Part shown: in pieces, positions 40,249 through 53,905 of the stretch
Position numbering within the stretch: the first letter of the stretch is position 1
Layout of the letters: each line of letters starts with the position of its first letter
Source: Octopus sinensis
Lineage: Eukaryota
DNA length: 64,000 nt
Assembly: GCF_006345805.1 (NCBI RefSeq)
Contig: NC_043017.1
Span: 20,088,001 to 20,152,000 of the forward strand
Direction: 5' to 3'
Program-made: the position numbers and the translations under genes
Notes under the pieces: model-generated
Database searches by the model: none
Told to the model about the DNA's origin: nothing
Seen by the model: the letters and a program-made list of their open reading frames with translations, nothing else

Positions 40249-40656
40249 TGTGACCATGAGATAGAGAATAGGAAGCTAGACATAGCCTAAATTAAGAAAG
40301 AAAACAAACTATGTTGGATCATAGATATAGCATACCCAGTTGACAACAAGGAAGAAAGAAAAGTCGAGAGATATGACAGGTTAGCTTGGGAAGTTAAGCA
40401 GTTGCGGTTGATGAAAAAGGTAGCAGTAGTACCAATAATTGTTGGAGCCCTGGGAACAGTGAGGAAATATCTTGAGAAGTATGTGGAACAAATAGGGGCT
40501 GCAATAAGGGTGGAACACTTGCAGGAAACAGCATTGCTTGGAACCATTCAAATACTCTGGAAGGTGCTCAAAAAATAAGAGGTGTTACCTTAGTTCACTG
40601 GTAATGAACAGCTGACACTGTAGTACATCTCCAGTGTTAGAAGATGTGCAAAGGCA

Positions 40657-40660
<4 letters not shown>
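40249..40660 (+). mobile_element. R4/Dong-type 3' fragment, family 1, copy B
   Basis: Same 5' junction and same in-frame TAA as copy A; 12-bp deletion; ends LGTIQILWKVLKK*. Confidence 0.9.
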
Positions 40661-40688
<28 letters not shown>

Positions 40689-40689
40689 G

Positions 40690-41126
40690 TTCTTTCTATT
40701 ACAGGCACAAGGCCTGAAATTTGGGGGAGGGTGTAAGTCAATTACAGCAACCCCAGTATGCAACTGGTACTTAATTTATCAACCCTGAAAGGATTAAAAG
40801 CAAAGGTGACCTCAGCAGAATTTGAACTCAGAACGTGAAGACATGAAAATACTGCTAAGCATTTTGTCTGGCGTGCTAACGATTCTGCCATTTTGCTGCT
40901 CTATTATAATAATAATAAGAAGAAGAAGAAGAATAGGCACAAGGCCTGGAATTTCGGAGGAGGGGACTAGTTGATTGTATTGGCCCCAGTGTTTGACCAG
41001 TACTTAATTTATTGACCCCGAAAGGAGGAAAGGGAAAGTCAACCTTGGTGGAATTTGAACTCAGAATGTAAAGACAGAGGAAATGCCGCTTTGCATTTTG
41101 CCTGATATGCTAATGATTCTGCCAGC
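40690..41126 (-). mobile_element. Two tandem family M SINEs
   Basis: Two GGCACAAGGCCTG tails, two central modules and two heads. Confidence 0.85.
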
Positions 41127-41237
41127 ATGAATAATAACAATAATGATAATAATGAGTCTAATTAGGGACAGCTAGGATACTTTGGAAGGTTTCTAGTGCA
41201 TCTAAGGAATTTTCTTTGTCCAACAGTTTAATCAGTT

Positions 41238-41585
41238 TACTCTCTCTTTTACTCGTTTCAGTCAGTTGACTGTGGCCATGCTGGAGCACCGCCTTTAATT
41301 GAGCAACTTGACCCCGGGACTTATTCTTTTGTAAGCCCAGTACTTATTCTATCGGTCTCTTTTGCCGAACTGCTAAGTAACGGGGACATAAACACACCAG
41401 CATTGGTTGTCAAGCAATGCTAGGCAGACAAACACAGACACACAAACACACACACGCATATATAGACAGTTTCCGTCTACCAAATCCACTCACAAGGCTT
41501 TGGTCGGCCCAAGGTGCCATGCAGTGGGACTGAACCCGGAACCATGTGGTTGGTAAACAAGCTACTTACCACACAGCCACTCCTG
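41238..41585 (-). mobile_element. Family C SINE with internal deletion
   Basis: Both modules present; part of the internal spacer is missing. Confidence 0.85.
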
Positions 41586-41652
41586 TGCTATAAGTTGTGC
41601 ATAAATGAAATAATAATAATGTCTGATGATGATGATAATAATAGAGAGCTGG

Positions 41653-41987
41653 AGACCCCCTTCGGTCATGAATGACCATGGGATTGCATCAAGAAAGTTA
41701 CCCTCCGAGGCACAAGTCCGGGCAAGGTTGTTTATGGAAGATCAGTAGTCGCCCATGTATACCAACCTCCCCTCTCCATGCCACCGATGTTATCCAAGGG
41801 AAAGGCAAAAGTTGATACAGCTTGGCACCAGTGACGTCGCAACTCATTTCTACAACTGAGTAAACTGGAACAACATGAAATAAAGTGTCTTGCTCAAGAA
41901 CACAACATGCAGCCTGGTCCGGGATTCAAGCTCACAACCTCACGGTCGTAAGTTCGACGCTCTAACCACTGAGCCATGTGCCTTCAC
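41653..41987 (-). mobile_element. CORE-type SINE, tail Z, full length
   Basis: Head GTGAAGGCACATGGCTCAGTGGTTAGAGCG (A-box) with B-box, CORE-like block; tail GCAATCCCATGGTCATTCATGACCGAAGGGGGTC. Confidence 0.85.
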
Positions 41988-42444
41988 TGATAAAATAAAT
42001 AAAATACTAAATAAAATAAAAATGATGAAAATATAATTTATTATGATTTATTTATCATAATTGTTATTTCAAAAACTGGAAATCAACAACCCACGTAAAA
42101 CGCAACAACAAAAACAAAAAAAAAACAAGAATTAATAAAAAAAAAATTTCAACAACACATGTATATAAAAAAAACAATGACAATAAAAACCCCCACATCT
42201 TTATGGGAGATAAAAAAAAAAGACTAAAAACCTAAAAACAGAAAGGAAAAGGGAACAAAAATTAAACCATCCGTGCTAAATATCAATAAAAGTTATGGTA
42301 AGTCCTTGTGTCGGCCAGTCGGCCAGTCCAGTCGGCTCAACGGCACGAGAGAGAAGAAATATAAGCCTACATATTATTATTATATTATTATTATTATTAT
42401 TATTATTAGTTGTGGTTGTTAGTCATCAGACAATCCTGTATGTA

Positions 42445-42790
42445 CTAGTAATCTGACTGTGACACGTTTTTTGATGTCGGCTCTTTCAAGTTGTTTAATA
42501 GAATTGGTTCTGCAAAGGGGTGGGAGTTGTAATGGCATTGGTAGACGGCGTGTGTGGAGAGACTGGCTTTATTTCTTTTGGCGGTAGTAGTAGTGGCGAC
42601 GGTGGTGTTTAAAGGGGCCGGCAGTGGGGGGTGGGTGGTATGCAGTGAGGGTTGAGTGCAGTCGACTGCTGGGTGGGGGGTTGCGGGGTTTTTACAAGGG
42701 TTTTGAAGAAGCGGAGACAGGGCGGAGGCTGCGGTGGGTGATATCGTTTGGATTAAGTGCACTTGACTGACAGGATCGATGGAAATCATT
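42445..42790 (-). CDS. Candidate terminal coding exon of an unidentified gene
   Basis: CpG-rich non-repeat island; 114-codon stop-free frame ending KEPTSKNVSQSDY*; plausible CTAAT branch point and CAG acceptor; T-rich downstream region with AATAAA-like sites. No homology recognised. Confidence 0.2.
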
Positions 42791-42894
42791 AGACTGATCC
42801 CAACAGGGGAAAGGATAATGATTTTTGGGGTTTATTTTATGAATAACAAATGAATGTGCAAGATATACACATATGTATGTAAATATACATATAA

Positions 42895-42941
<47 letters not shown>

Positions 42942-42945
<4 letters not shown>

Positions 42946-43044
42946 GTATGTAAGTGTCCATAAATGTCTATGCATACATATGTGTGTGTGTGTCTATGCA
43001 TATTTATATACATATATATATATATATATATATACATATATATC

Positions 43045-43092
<48 letters not shown>

Positions 43093-43093
43093 G

Positions 43094-43144
<51 letters not shown>

Positions 43145-43145
43145 G

Positions 43146-43179
<34 letters not shown>

Positions 43180-43247
43180 GTATATAATATGCATAGACAC
43201 CACACACATATGTATGCATAGACATTTATGGACACTTACATACATAT
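42942..43247. repeat. ~300-bp near-perfect palindrome centred on (TA)n
   Basis: TATGTATGTAAGTGTCCATAAATGTCTATGCATACATATGTGTGTG at the left end and its reverse complement at the right end; inner CATATATATCTATG / CATAGATATATATG are also inverted. Confidence 0.92.
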
Positions 43248-43737
43248 CTATATACACACATATATTCAAATGAATACATATTCATACACCTACATACCGA
43301 AGCTCACAGTCCCACAAATACATGCATACCAACACACACACAAACACACATCCAAGTGCAATTTCAGAAAAATATCCCAGATAAAACCATAATACCATTT
43401 GGTGTGATATCAAAGCTTTGGAAAATATCAATATTTTGAATTTAGATGAATCACATAGAATTTGGTATTGTGTTTTGGAATCTTGGAGCTTCTATCAGTT
43501 GCTGTTTTCCACACTGCATCACTTGATAACGATTATTCACATAATAACCGTTTCCATATAATCAACATCGGTAAATTATCTATTGTGATTTTTTTTTAAT
43601 TATTATTTTTTTAAGAACATTTAACTGGTTTTACCATATATTTATGTGTGTGTGTGTGTGTTTGTGTGAATACAAATATATAAATATATGTACGCACTCA
43701 CAGACACACATATATACTTATGTGTGTATATATATAC

Positions 43738-43783
<46 letters not shown>

Positions 43784-43962
43784 TTATACTTATATACATA
43801 TATGTGTGTGTAAATACATATGCATATACACATGTAGGAGGGCATATATACATGTATGTGTATGTGAATGTGCATATGTATATATACACGATTGTGTATT
43901 CTTAAGTATGTATATATATTATATGTAGAATATACATCCTATATGTACATATATACATATAT

Positions 43963-44019
<57 letters not shown>

Positions 44020-44185
44020 CACACACACATATATATATATATATAATATATATACATACACATATATACATACATATATACATACATATATATATACATA
44101 CATATATATATACTACATATATATATACATATATATATACATATATATATATGTATGTAAATATCTATATATATATATATATATG

Positions 44186-44232
<47 letters not shown>

Positions 44233-44867
44233 TATATACATATATATACATACATACATATATGTATATATATATATATATAGTATATATATATATACAT
44301 ATATATATACATATATCTGTATTCATATATATATATATTATATATAATATATATATATATATATATCCATCTCGAGATATCAATGAATTAAGGTTGCACT
44401 TCTTGATTACATATGAGTCATATGCAATTCATTATTATGATAAATAAAAATTCGATATGAAAGTATGCATTGAAAAGTGTGAAAAACACACACCCCCAAA
44501 CACCACCACCCCAACCACACACACACACACATAATCTCATATTCATTTATGAATGTCATTTATATGAAAAGTATATCCTTCATTGTATCAGATGAAGAGA
44601 AGAAAGGAAAGCATCTTCTTATTTTTGTTATTTACGTATTTTTTTAATTTTGTCTTTTAATCTATTATTATCATCTACCATAATCGCTCTGGTACCTTGC
44701 GGATGTTTATTTCCAAGATGTACTTAACTGGAACGGTGCTAAGATTTTTCTTTGGTGCTTTCGAACTGCTCGTTCGTTAGTGTCGTTACAAAAAAATATT
44801 AATTAATTATTTGTACTTGCTTCGTTTTGCTCTTCTTCCTCCATCTGTTATTGATCATTTATATCAT

Positions 44868-44899
<32 letters not shown>

Positions 44900-44919
44900 G
44901 CATCATCATCTCATTGTCG

Positions 44920-45080
44920 TCGTTGTTTAACGTCCAGTTTCCATGCTGGCATGGGTTTGAAGATTTGACAGGATTCAATGGGTCAGAGGAGTGCACCAAG
45001 CTGTACTGTCTGCTTTGGCATGGTTTCTATGGCTGGGAACCCTTCCTAATGCCAACCACTTTACAGAATATACTGGGTGC
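44920..45080 (-). mobile_element. R-type retroposon 3' end
   Basis: TTTAACGTCCAGTTTCCATGCTGGCATGGG...CCTTCCTAATGCCAACCAC. Confidence 0.75.
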
Positions 45081-45230
45081 TTGTGTATGCATGCGTATAT
45101 ACATTTATGTGTACACACACACACACACACACAGGATTGGCTTGCTCCTGTTCAATCCACAGTAGGACAAAGTCCTCAGCATGTTCCCCTCCGCACAACC
45201 ACAGTCTGATGCGGAGGCCATGAATTTGAG

Positions 45231-45465
45231 CTTATTCTTTGTATGCCTAGTTCTTATTCTATTGGCCTCTTTTGCTGAACTGCTAAGTTACGGACACACA
45301 CACACACATAAATGGTAAGCTTCTTTCAGTTTCCGTCTACCAAATCCACCCACAAGGCTTTGGTCAGCCCAAGGCTATAGTAGTAGACACTTGCCCAAGG
45401 TGCGATGCAGTGGGACTGAACCTAGAACCATGTGGTTGGGAAGCAAACTTCCTACCACACAGCCA
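45231..45465 (-). mobile_element. Family C SINE, 3' part missing
   Basis: CTTTCAGTTTCCGTCTACCAAATCCAC...CCACACAGCCA. Confidence 0.8.
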
Positions 45466-48400
45466 CACTATTTCATTTAATAATTTTTCTTCAAGTATGA
45501 TTCTATTTTTCTGGAATAATGGTAAGGAGAATTTTGATTAGTTGATCAGGAGGAATTTTCAGGAAATTATTACTACAAGTCCACACACACACACACTACA
45601 AAATCTACTTCACATACAATAAAATATAATTTTATGTGTTGCAAAAAAAGATGTAAAAAAAAAAATTAATAATTTTAATCTTTCATGAGAATCAAACTAA
45701 AACCCTTCCGTTTCCTAAGAAAAGTAAAAATCGACAAAAGCTACTGGTTTCAAAATATTTAATTAGGGTAAATAAATCTCGACTAATCGAATTCGATAAA
45801 GTATCTTTAGAAGATGCAAACACCTGGGGAATAGATAATTCTTTAGTTAATCAAGTGAAGTGTAAAAGATAGTCTTCGGAAATTCCTTAACACACTGTTG
45901 TTATGTAGGTACCTAAGGGAAGAATACGAATTGGAATGATGGTGAAGAGGGAGAGAGAGGAAAAGGGGTTGGAGGAAGAGAAGAAAAATAAGATAAGGTG
46001 GAGGAGGAAAATATTGATGAAGCTGGTTTAGTGATGTTTTTTTTGTTTTTCTTAATAAAGAGTTAACCCTTTTATTTCCATATTTCTGTTGGAAATTAGG
46101 TTGGATTTAGGATAAAATTACTTTGTCATTATTAAAGTAGTGTTCAAGACGATGAGCTGGCAAAAAACTTAGCATGCCAAGCTAAAAGCTTCATGGCATT
46201 TCATCCATCTGTATGTTCTGAGTTCAAGGTCTGTTGAGGTCGACTTTGTCTATTATCCTTGTAGGGTCAATAAAGTTAGTCCCAGTTAAGTACTGGGGTT
46301 GATGTAATCAACTTCCTCTTTCCCTAAAAAGTCACTGGCCTTGTGCGAAAATTTGAAACCATAATTGAAGTGGTGTTTTGAATGTAAATTAAAATGATAT
46401 TTTGATGGGATATTTTGCTGGAAGCTATGTATCAACTTAATTCTTACTTGACCACATAACCAATACCTGCACCTATACTGTAAAATAAAATAAAATAAAG
46501 CTGTGACGGTCACGGATGGAATGCCTTTGATCATGGGCTTCTTGAATCAAAGTTGTTCTGGGACCAAACAAATTAAATATGTACCTTTACTCTTTCTTTC
46601 CTTCTTTAAAAAGATGAATAATGTAAAGAGAGAAAACGAAAGAGAGAGAGATAGATAGATAGATAGATAAAAAGAGGGAGAGAGAGTAAGAGAGAAAAGG
46701 AGAGGGAGAGACAAAGAGATTTGCTATATCCATGTCTGCCTTTTATTCTTCTTCTTTCTGCTAAGGTATAATAACATTAATAGAATTAAAATAGGGGTCA
46801 ATATTGTTATTAGGGATAAAATTACTTTAAGATATTCAAAGTATATGTTTAGGGTCCAGAACGATGTGTTAGGGTCAGAGAGTTTGGAAATTGTTTTATA
46901 TTATTTCATTTATATTTTGTTTTCTTTTTATGTGTGATTATACCCTAATAGATGTGGAATCGTTATGGCAACCGGAGAGTCTGCTGTTCTGGTCAAGTTC
47001 ATTCTTTTTCCATTTTTACCATTTTCTTTTCTTTTTGTTGTGCATGTTTTATTTATTTATTCTAATTTTTTTTGCTTATTTATTATATATTTGTTTTGGA
47101 AAATGTGTGTCAGACCGGATCGGATGGAATCGGGAATGCAATTATTTCCCCGAAGAACGTTCATTGTTCATCGTGTACATAGGTTCTTAGAGAACAATCA
47201 TGCATGTATGTTTGTACGTATCTATGTGTATACGCATGCATATATGAACACGCATTCACATAGGAACATACTACCATACACACTCATTTGTGAAGACCAA
47301 CCCATACACACACACATATACATGTGCACATCAACATACATGCATACACACAGACACACACACAAGCACACACACACACACATGTGCTCATCAACACACA
47401 TGCATACACACAGACACACACACACACATATACATGTGCACATCAACACACATGCATACACAGACATACACACAGACACACACACAAGCACACACACACA
47501 CAGAGGAAGCTATTTATGGAGACACATACATATGAAGAGAATATGGAGACATGCACACAAGCGCACACAAACATGAAAACATTCACATCACGCATGCATA
47601 TGCAAATATGCATATACACACACAAACACACACACACACACACAGGCTTATAGATATGCGCATACAAAGTCACCCAGATGCACGTAACACGAAGAACATG
47701 AATCAAGATTTGCCAAAGTTTCTAGAAAATTACACAGTACGAAAAGAAGGACGGAGAAACGGCAGCGGAGAAGCGGCAGCGGAGAAGCGGCAGCGGAGAA
47801 GCGGGGGGAGAGGTGTGGGGTGCGGGCGGAGGAAATTGGTACAATTTGGCAGTTGGAATTGTGTAACAATATATATCCAGGTTAGTAATGGTAAACGGTA
47901 AACGAAGAAGACAAAGAGTAAAAGCGGCGGCGGTGGTGGTGGTGGTGGTGGTGGCAGTGATGGAATTAGAAATGGTTTTTTCTTCATGGTGAAGAAACTA
48001 GAGGAGGGTAGTCATGGCAGGAGGGGGGTTGGTTGTGTTGGTAGGAATATTTATGGTGGGGGTGGTGCAGAAGGTGGTGATGGTGCAAAAGGTGGTGGTG
48101 GTGCAGAAGGTAGTGGTGGTGGTGCAGAAGGTGGTGGTGGTAGGGCTGCCAAACATGTCTGTAACAAAAGAAGTGGTGGTGGTTATTTGGTGATGTCTGT
48201 GTCAACAGTAGTGGTTAGAGCGCAGGTGGTGATGGTCTTTTGTGTCTGTGATAGTATTGGCAGTAGTGGTGTTGGTCACAGGGATTGGTGGCTGTTGAGG
48301 TGATGGTTGTGGTGGTGGTGGTGGAGTTGGCAGTGGTTGTGGTGATGGTGATGTTAATGCAGAGTTAATCACAGTGGTGGTGGTGGTGGTTGCTGTGGAA

Positions 48401-49112
48401 ACGGTGATGCTTGTGGTGTTGCCAAAATTTCCATGGAACGCATAGATGCATTGCGCAGTTGGGGGAATGAAAAACAACCCAGATGAAGATTAGCAAAGTA
48501 GTACATGTTGTAGTATGAGGAGGAGGAGGAAGAGGAGGTGGAGGAGAAGGAGGAGCAAAAGTGTGGTGGTGCTGGTGGTGGGGGTGATAATTGCTGTGTT
48601 GGTGGAGCGACTAACTTTCTGACATAGATATAAATTTAGTAATTACAACAACAACAACAGCAACAACAACAATACTGTTAACCATTCCTCGCCTCCCACA
48701 GACCATCCAACCTTTATCCTTGGCCACATGAACGAAACTAAATGAAACACAAAACGCTACGGAAAAGAAAAAGCAAAAAAATAAAAAAAAGAAAGAAGAA
48801 AGAAAGAAAGAAAGAAAGAGAGAAAGAAAGAAAGAAAGAGAGAAAGGAAAGAAGGAAGAAAAACATTCCTTAGACATGTAAGTAATTCTTGCTTTTAAAC
48901 CTTCTGAAGAACAGCTTTATTTGATACCATTATTGGGAAGCAGGTAAAATTATATCATGGAATCATGAAATAAATGGTAGGAATTTCAAAGAAGCATTAA
49001 CTTGGCATTTCTTTACCAGGTCTCTTTACATCCCCCTTCCATTGTTACTGGTCTTCCAAGACCTGTTGTTATCATTATTATTGTTATTATTATTATTATT
49101 ATCATTATTATT

Positions 49113-49567
49113 AAGATGGCAAGCTGGTAGAATTGTTAGCATGCAAGGCAAAATGCTAAGTGGTATTTTGCCTGTTGCTACATTCTGAGTTCAAATTCAG
49201 CCAAGGTTGACTTTGCCTTTCATCCTTTCAGGGTTGATAAAATTAAGTACCAGTTACAAACCGGGGTCGAGGTAATCGACTCATCCCCTTCCCCAAATTG
49301 CTGCCCTTGTGGCAAAATTTAAAACCATTATTATTATTATTATTATTAGGTGATGAGATGGCAGAATTGTTAGAGTGTCAGAAAAAAAAATTCTTTGTAG
49401 TACGTCTTCTGGCTCTTTATGTTTTGGTTTCAAATCCTGCTGAGGTCAGCTTTGCCCTTCATCCTTTAGGAGTTGATAAAACAAAGTAACAGTCAGTGAC
49501 CTGGGCTGATGGCATTAACGAAGATCTTCCCCTTAAAACTGTTAGTCCTGTGCCACCATTTGAAACC
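49113..49567 (+). mobile_element. Two tandem family M SINEs separated by (ATT)n
   Basis: Two heads and two TTTGCC(T/C)TTCATCCTTT modules. Confidence 0.8.
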
Positions 49568-49837
49568 CTTTTTATTTTTATGATAGCCAAGGCCCACTTT
49601 GCCTGTCATTCCTCTGGGGGTTGATAAAATAAGCAAGCGTCACAGTCATGTGAGCAGTGGCCTTCATTTCCAATTTGCCATGGAAACATGACTGGCTAAG
49701 GGGAAATATTTAATTACCTCCCTTGGGAACAGGTGAAGGTTGGTGACAGAAAGGGCATTTAGCTGTAGAAAATCTGCTTCAGCAAATTCTGTCTGACCCA
49801 TGCAGGCATGGAAAAGTAGATGTTAAAATACGAAAAA

Positions 49838-50098
49838 GGTAAAGTCACCTCTTTGAGTCATGTCGACTCATAAAAGCCAGTTTCCCTGTTCCCATGGCGT
49901 ATATACCCTCCCCCACCCACATGGATGGGATGTGAGTCCATCGTAGGGTTACTCACTGTTGCCTGCTGAGGGGACTGGAGTAATGTGAAATGAAGGGTTT
50001 TGCTTAAGAACACAATGTATCTTCTGGTCCAGGAATTGAAACCTCAATCTTATGATCACGAGTCCAGCACTCTAACCATTGAGCCACGCACCTCCACA
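49838..50098 (-). mobile_element. CORE+V hybrid SINE
   Basis: Head TGTGGAGGTGCGTGGCTCAATGGTTAG, CORE-like TGTGTTCTTAAGCAAAACCCTTCATTTCAC, V-like AACCCTACGATGGACTCACATCCCATCCA; tail shared with 10333. Confidence 0.75.
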
Positions 50099-50982
50099 GA
50101 TGTTAAAACGATAGTAATGGTATCTATTTATCTCCCCCTCTCTCTCTCTCTCTCTTTGTACACACACATACACACACATGCACACACACACATGCACACA
50201 CACACATGCACACACACGCACACATACACATGCTTACACACAAATATTATTATTAATCAATACTAGTAATTGTCCTCTGGCAGCAGAGACCAAACATTGT
50301 TCCAGTAAGGAAGAATTATGTTCATTTAATTGATTGCCGCCGCCGGCACTGGCATCGGCACTACTGCTGCTACTGCTGCTGCTGCCAATGGCAAACTAAT
50401 ACAACAAGAGATTCTTGTCGACCAACAAAAAAATTCTGGAAACAAAATTTGTTACATCATTTATTATTGTCTAGACTTGTTACTGAGAGTAGGATTGAGT
50501 CTGTCAAACGTTCAATTTGAAATATGAAGACTTGTCAAAAAGATAAGGCGCCACCAACAAAAGAATCTCCTTTCTTTTATTCTTCTCCCCTCTCACCTCT
50601 GCGGAAGTACACTCAAAAACAGAATTATGGATTAATTCCTGCTCTATAAGATTTTTCACATTAATTTCAATTTCCTACGCTGAAATTATTTCTTTTAAAT
50701 TAGGAATAATTTCGAGTTTTCTTCAAATAATGGTAAACTCATTGATTTTTTTTCTTCTTTTCCCTTCTACTTGTTTCAGTCATTAAACTGCGGTCATGTT
50801 GGAGCAATGCACTGAAGAATTTTTAGTCGAATTGATTGATGCTAGTGCTTTTTTTGTTTCTTAAAAACAAAACTTGGTCTCTTTTGCAGGACTGCTAAGT
50901 TACAGGTATGTAAACAAACCAGTAATGGTTGTCAGGTGGTAGTGCGAGAAAACATGGGTACAAAAGACACACACACATAGAT

Positions 50983-51018
<36 letters not shown>

Positions 51019-51019
<1 letters not shown>

Positions 51020-51412
51020 CTCTTTTACTCTCTCTTTTACTTGTTTCAGTCATTTGACTGCGGCCATACTGGAGCACTGCCTTTAGTCGAGCAAATCGAC
51101 CCCAGGACTTATTCTTTGTAAGCCCAGTACTTATTCTATCGGTCTCTTTTGCCGAACCGCTAAGTGACAGCGACGTAAACACACCAGCATCGGTGTCAAG
51201 CAATGCTAGGGGGACAAACACAGACACACAAACATACACACACACACACATACATATATACGACGGGCTTCTTTCAGTTTCCGTCTATCAAATCCACTCA
51301 CAAGGCTTTGGTTGGCCCGAGGCTATAGCAGAAGACACTTGCTCAAGATGCCACGCAGTGGGACTGAACCCAGAACCATGTGGTTGGTAAGCAAGCTACT
51401 TACCACACAGCC
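51019..51412 (-). mobile_element. Family C SINE, full length (partial copies adjacent at ~50760-50960 and ~51415-51560)
   Basis: TACTCTTTTACTC tail, both modules, internal (CA)n. Confidence 0.9.
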
Positions 51413-52704
51413 TTCTTTCAGTTTCTGTTTACCAAAGCCATTCACTAGGCTTTGGTTGGCTTGAAACTACAGCAGAAGACACTTTCCAAGGTTCCACAGA
51501 GTGGGACTGAACCAGGAACCATAGGCTTGGAAAGCAAGCTTCTTAACACACAGCCATGCCTGCACCTCAACACACTTTGTCATCTTTTTCTTTTCCTATC
51601 TGCTATTTGCTCTCTTGTGAAGGCACCTGGCTTCATGGTTAGAGTTTTTGGCTCATGACATTAACATACAACTGGCACCACCAATAACACCACTACTACA
51701 ACCAACACCATTGCTGCCACCGCCACCATTACTACTACCATTAGTAAACTAGACCTTGTCCAGTTAACATTTAGTTAGCTGTTCTAATGCTGTATTTTTC
51801 CCTAAATAAACAAATTTTCTAAAGTAACCCCACCACACACTTTCCCCTTACCCTTGATATATATTCATTCATTTTTTTCTAGAATTGCGTTAATATTTTT
51901 TTTGCTTTCTAGTAATTTCGTAATTTCTTTCTTCTTTTCCCTCTTTGTTATTTTTGTTTTTTTTTCTTATATATTTCATCATTATGTTATCTTTTGTATT
52001 CTGGGTTTTCTGGGATTTTTTTGATTTGCTTTTTGGTTTCCACCCCCACTTGTCAACAAACTTTGGTTTTATCCGAAAGATATGAAAAATATTTTACATC
52101 TTGACTTGCAGTGTTTTTACAATCACAACCAACAAAAAAAAGAAGACAACAAAAGAAAGAAAGCAAAGAAAAACCACAAAAATAAAAAAAAATATATTAA
52201 AAAAATTCCCTAAAACAAATAAAATCACATTCATTGCTATTTGCTTACTTTACCTGAAAGTAATATTCCAGTAATGTTATTATTGAGTGAGAGAGAAGCA
52301 CATTCCATCAAAGTGACACTGGGGTATGAATACATGAAGCCTAGTATACCCATCACCACTCATATATACACTCATATACACTAACATACACAACAGATAT
52401 AAGTGCAACTCTCTGGCTTGCCAGCTCCTGTCAATCTGTCCAACCCATGCCAGCATGGAAAACAGATAATCATGATTATCATCATCATATATACACACAT
52501 GATATACATGCAAGCATAAACATATGCACTGCCCCAGCATGGCCGCGGCCTTCGGGCTAAAACATTTTTAAGGATTTAAGGATTTATACATATATACACA
52601 CATTTGCACACACACACATATACGCATATGCACATACACATATATATATATATACATGCACACATACAAATACACATATTTCACATACACATATACACAT
52701 TTGC

Positions 52705-52736
<32 letters not shown>

Positions 52737-53247
52737 GCATATGCACATACACATATATATTTACATGCACACATACAAATACACACATACAAATACACAT
52801 ATTTTCACATACACATATACACAGATGCACACACACACACATGCACACACACTCTGACATACATATATACACACATATACACACACGCTAACACACACAT
52901 ATACGCACACACGCTCTCACACACACACACACACACACACACTAATATATACACTAGAGTTGAATCAGTTGAGTCTGGTTAGCAGCCCTCCCTACCCACC
53001 CCTACCACCGCACCGTCTCTTGTGAAACTGGTCTGGTGCCAAGTGCACGAGAACTTTGGAACACATTGGAAGGTGTTGCGTATACAACAACACTGTAACA
53101 TACACACACACACACACACAAAGCTGATCGACACAGATACAAACACACACACACACACACACATGATTGGTCGACACAGACATATATATTCACAACTAAG
53201 TAGACTAGTAGTAGTAGTAGTAGTAGTAATTGTTGTAGTAATTGTGA

Positions 53248-53283
<36 letters not shown>

Positions 53284-53581
53284 AAGTAATGTTGGTGGTG
53301 GTGTTGGTGGTGGGGAGGCAATGGGAGCAGAATGAGGTAAAGGAGGAAAAAAAAAATACCCAACAAAGGAAAGATGTCTGTTTAGACATAGTAGTAGTAG
53401 TAGCAGGAGTAGTAGTAGTAGTAAAAGGAAGAGGAGAAGGAGGAGGGGGAGGAGAAAACCCGAAGCACTAAAACAAAAACAAAAACAAAATGCAAACACT
53501 CAATGTTTGTTAGTTTCATGATTTAGAAGCAAAGTCAGACAAAATATAATTAAGAGTTATTGTTATTATTACTATTATGAC

Positions 53582-53630
<49 letters not shown>

Positions 53631-53633
<3 letters not shown>

Positions 53634-53654
53634 ACCGAGTGAGAGAGCAGCCCA

Positions 53655-53693
<39 letters not shown>

Positions 53694-53737
53694 TTATATT
53701 ATTATAACTGAGTGAGAGAGCAGCCCAGTTATTAGTA

Positions 53738-53784
<47 letters not shown>

Positions 53785-53872
53785 ACCGAGTGAGAGAGCA
53801 GCCCAGTTATTAGTATCATTATTATTATTATTATTATTATAACCGAGTGAGAGAGCAGCCCAGTTATTAGTA

Positions 53873-53905
<33 letters not shown>

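Noticed and set aside
46805-46875. Three TTAGGG hexamers
   Set aside because: Isolated and non-tandem; not an interstitial telomeric array.
47940-48630. Pro/Thr/His-rich ORFs, including a formin-FH1-like PSAPPP repeat
   Set aside because: Built from (ACC)n variants; each frame closes within a short distance and no domain is recognisable.
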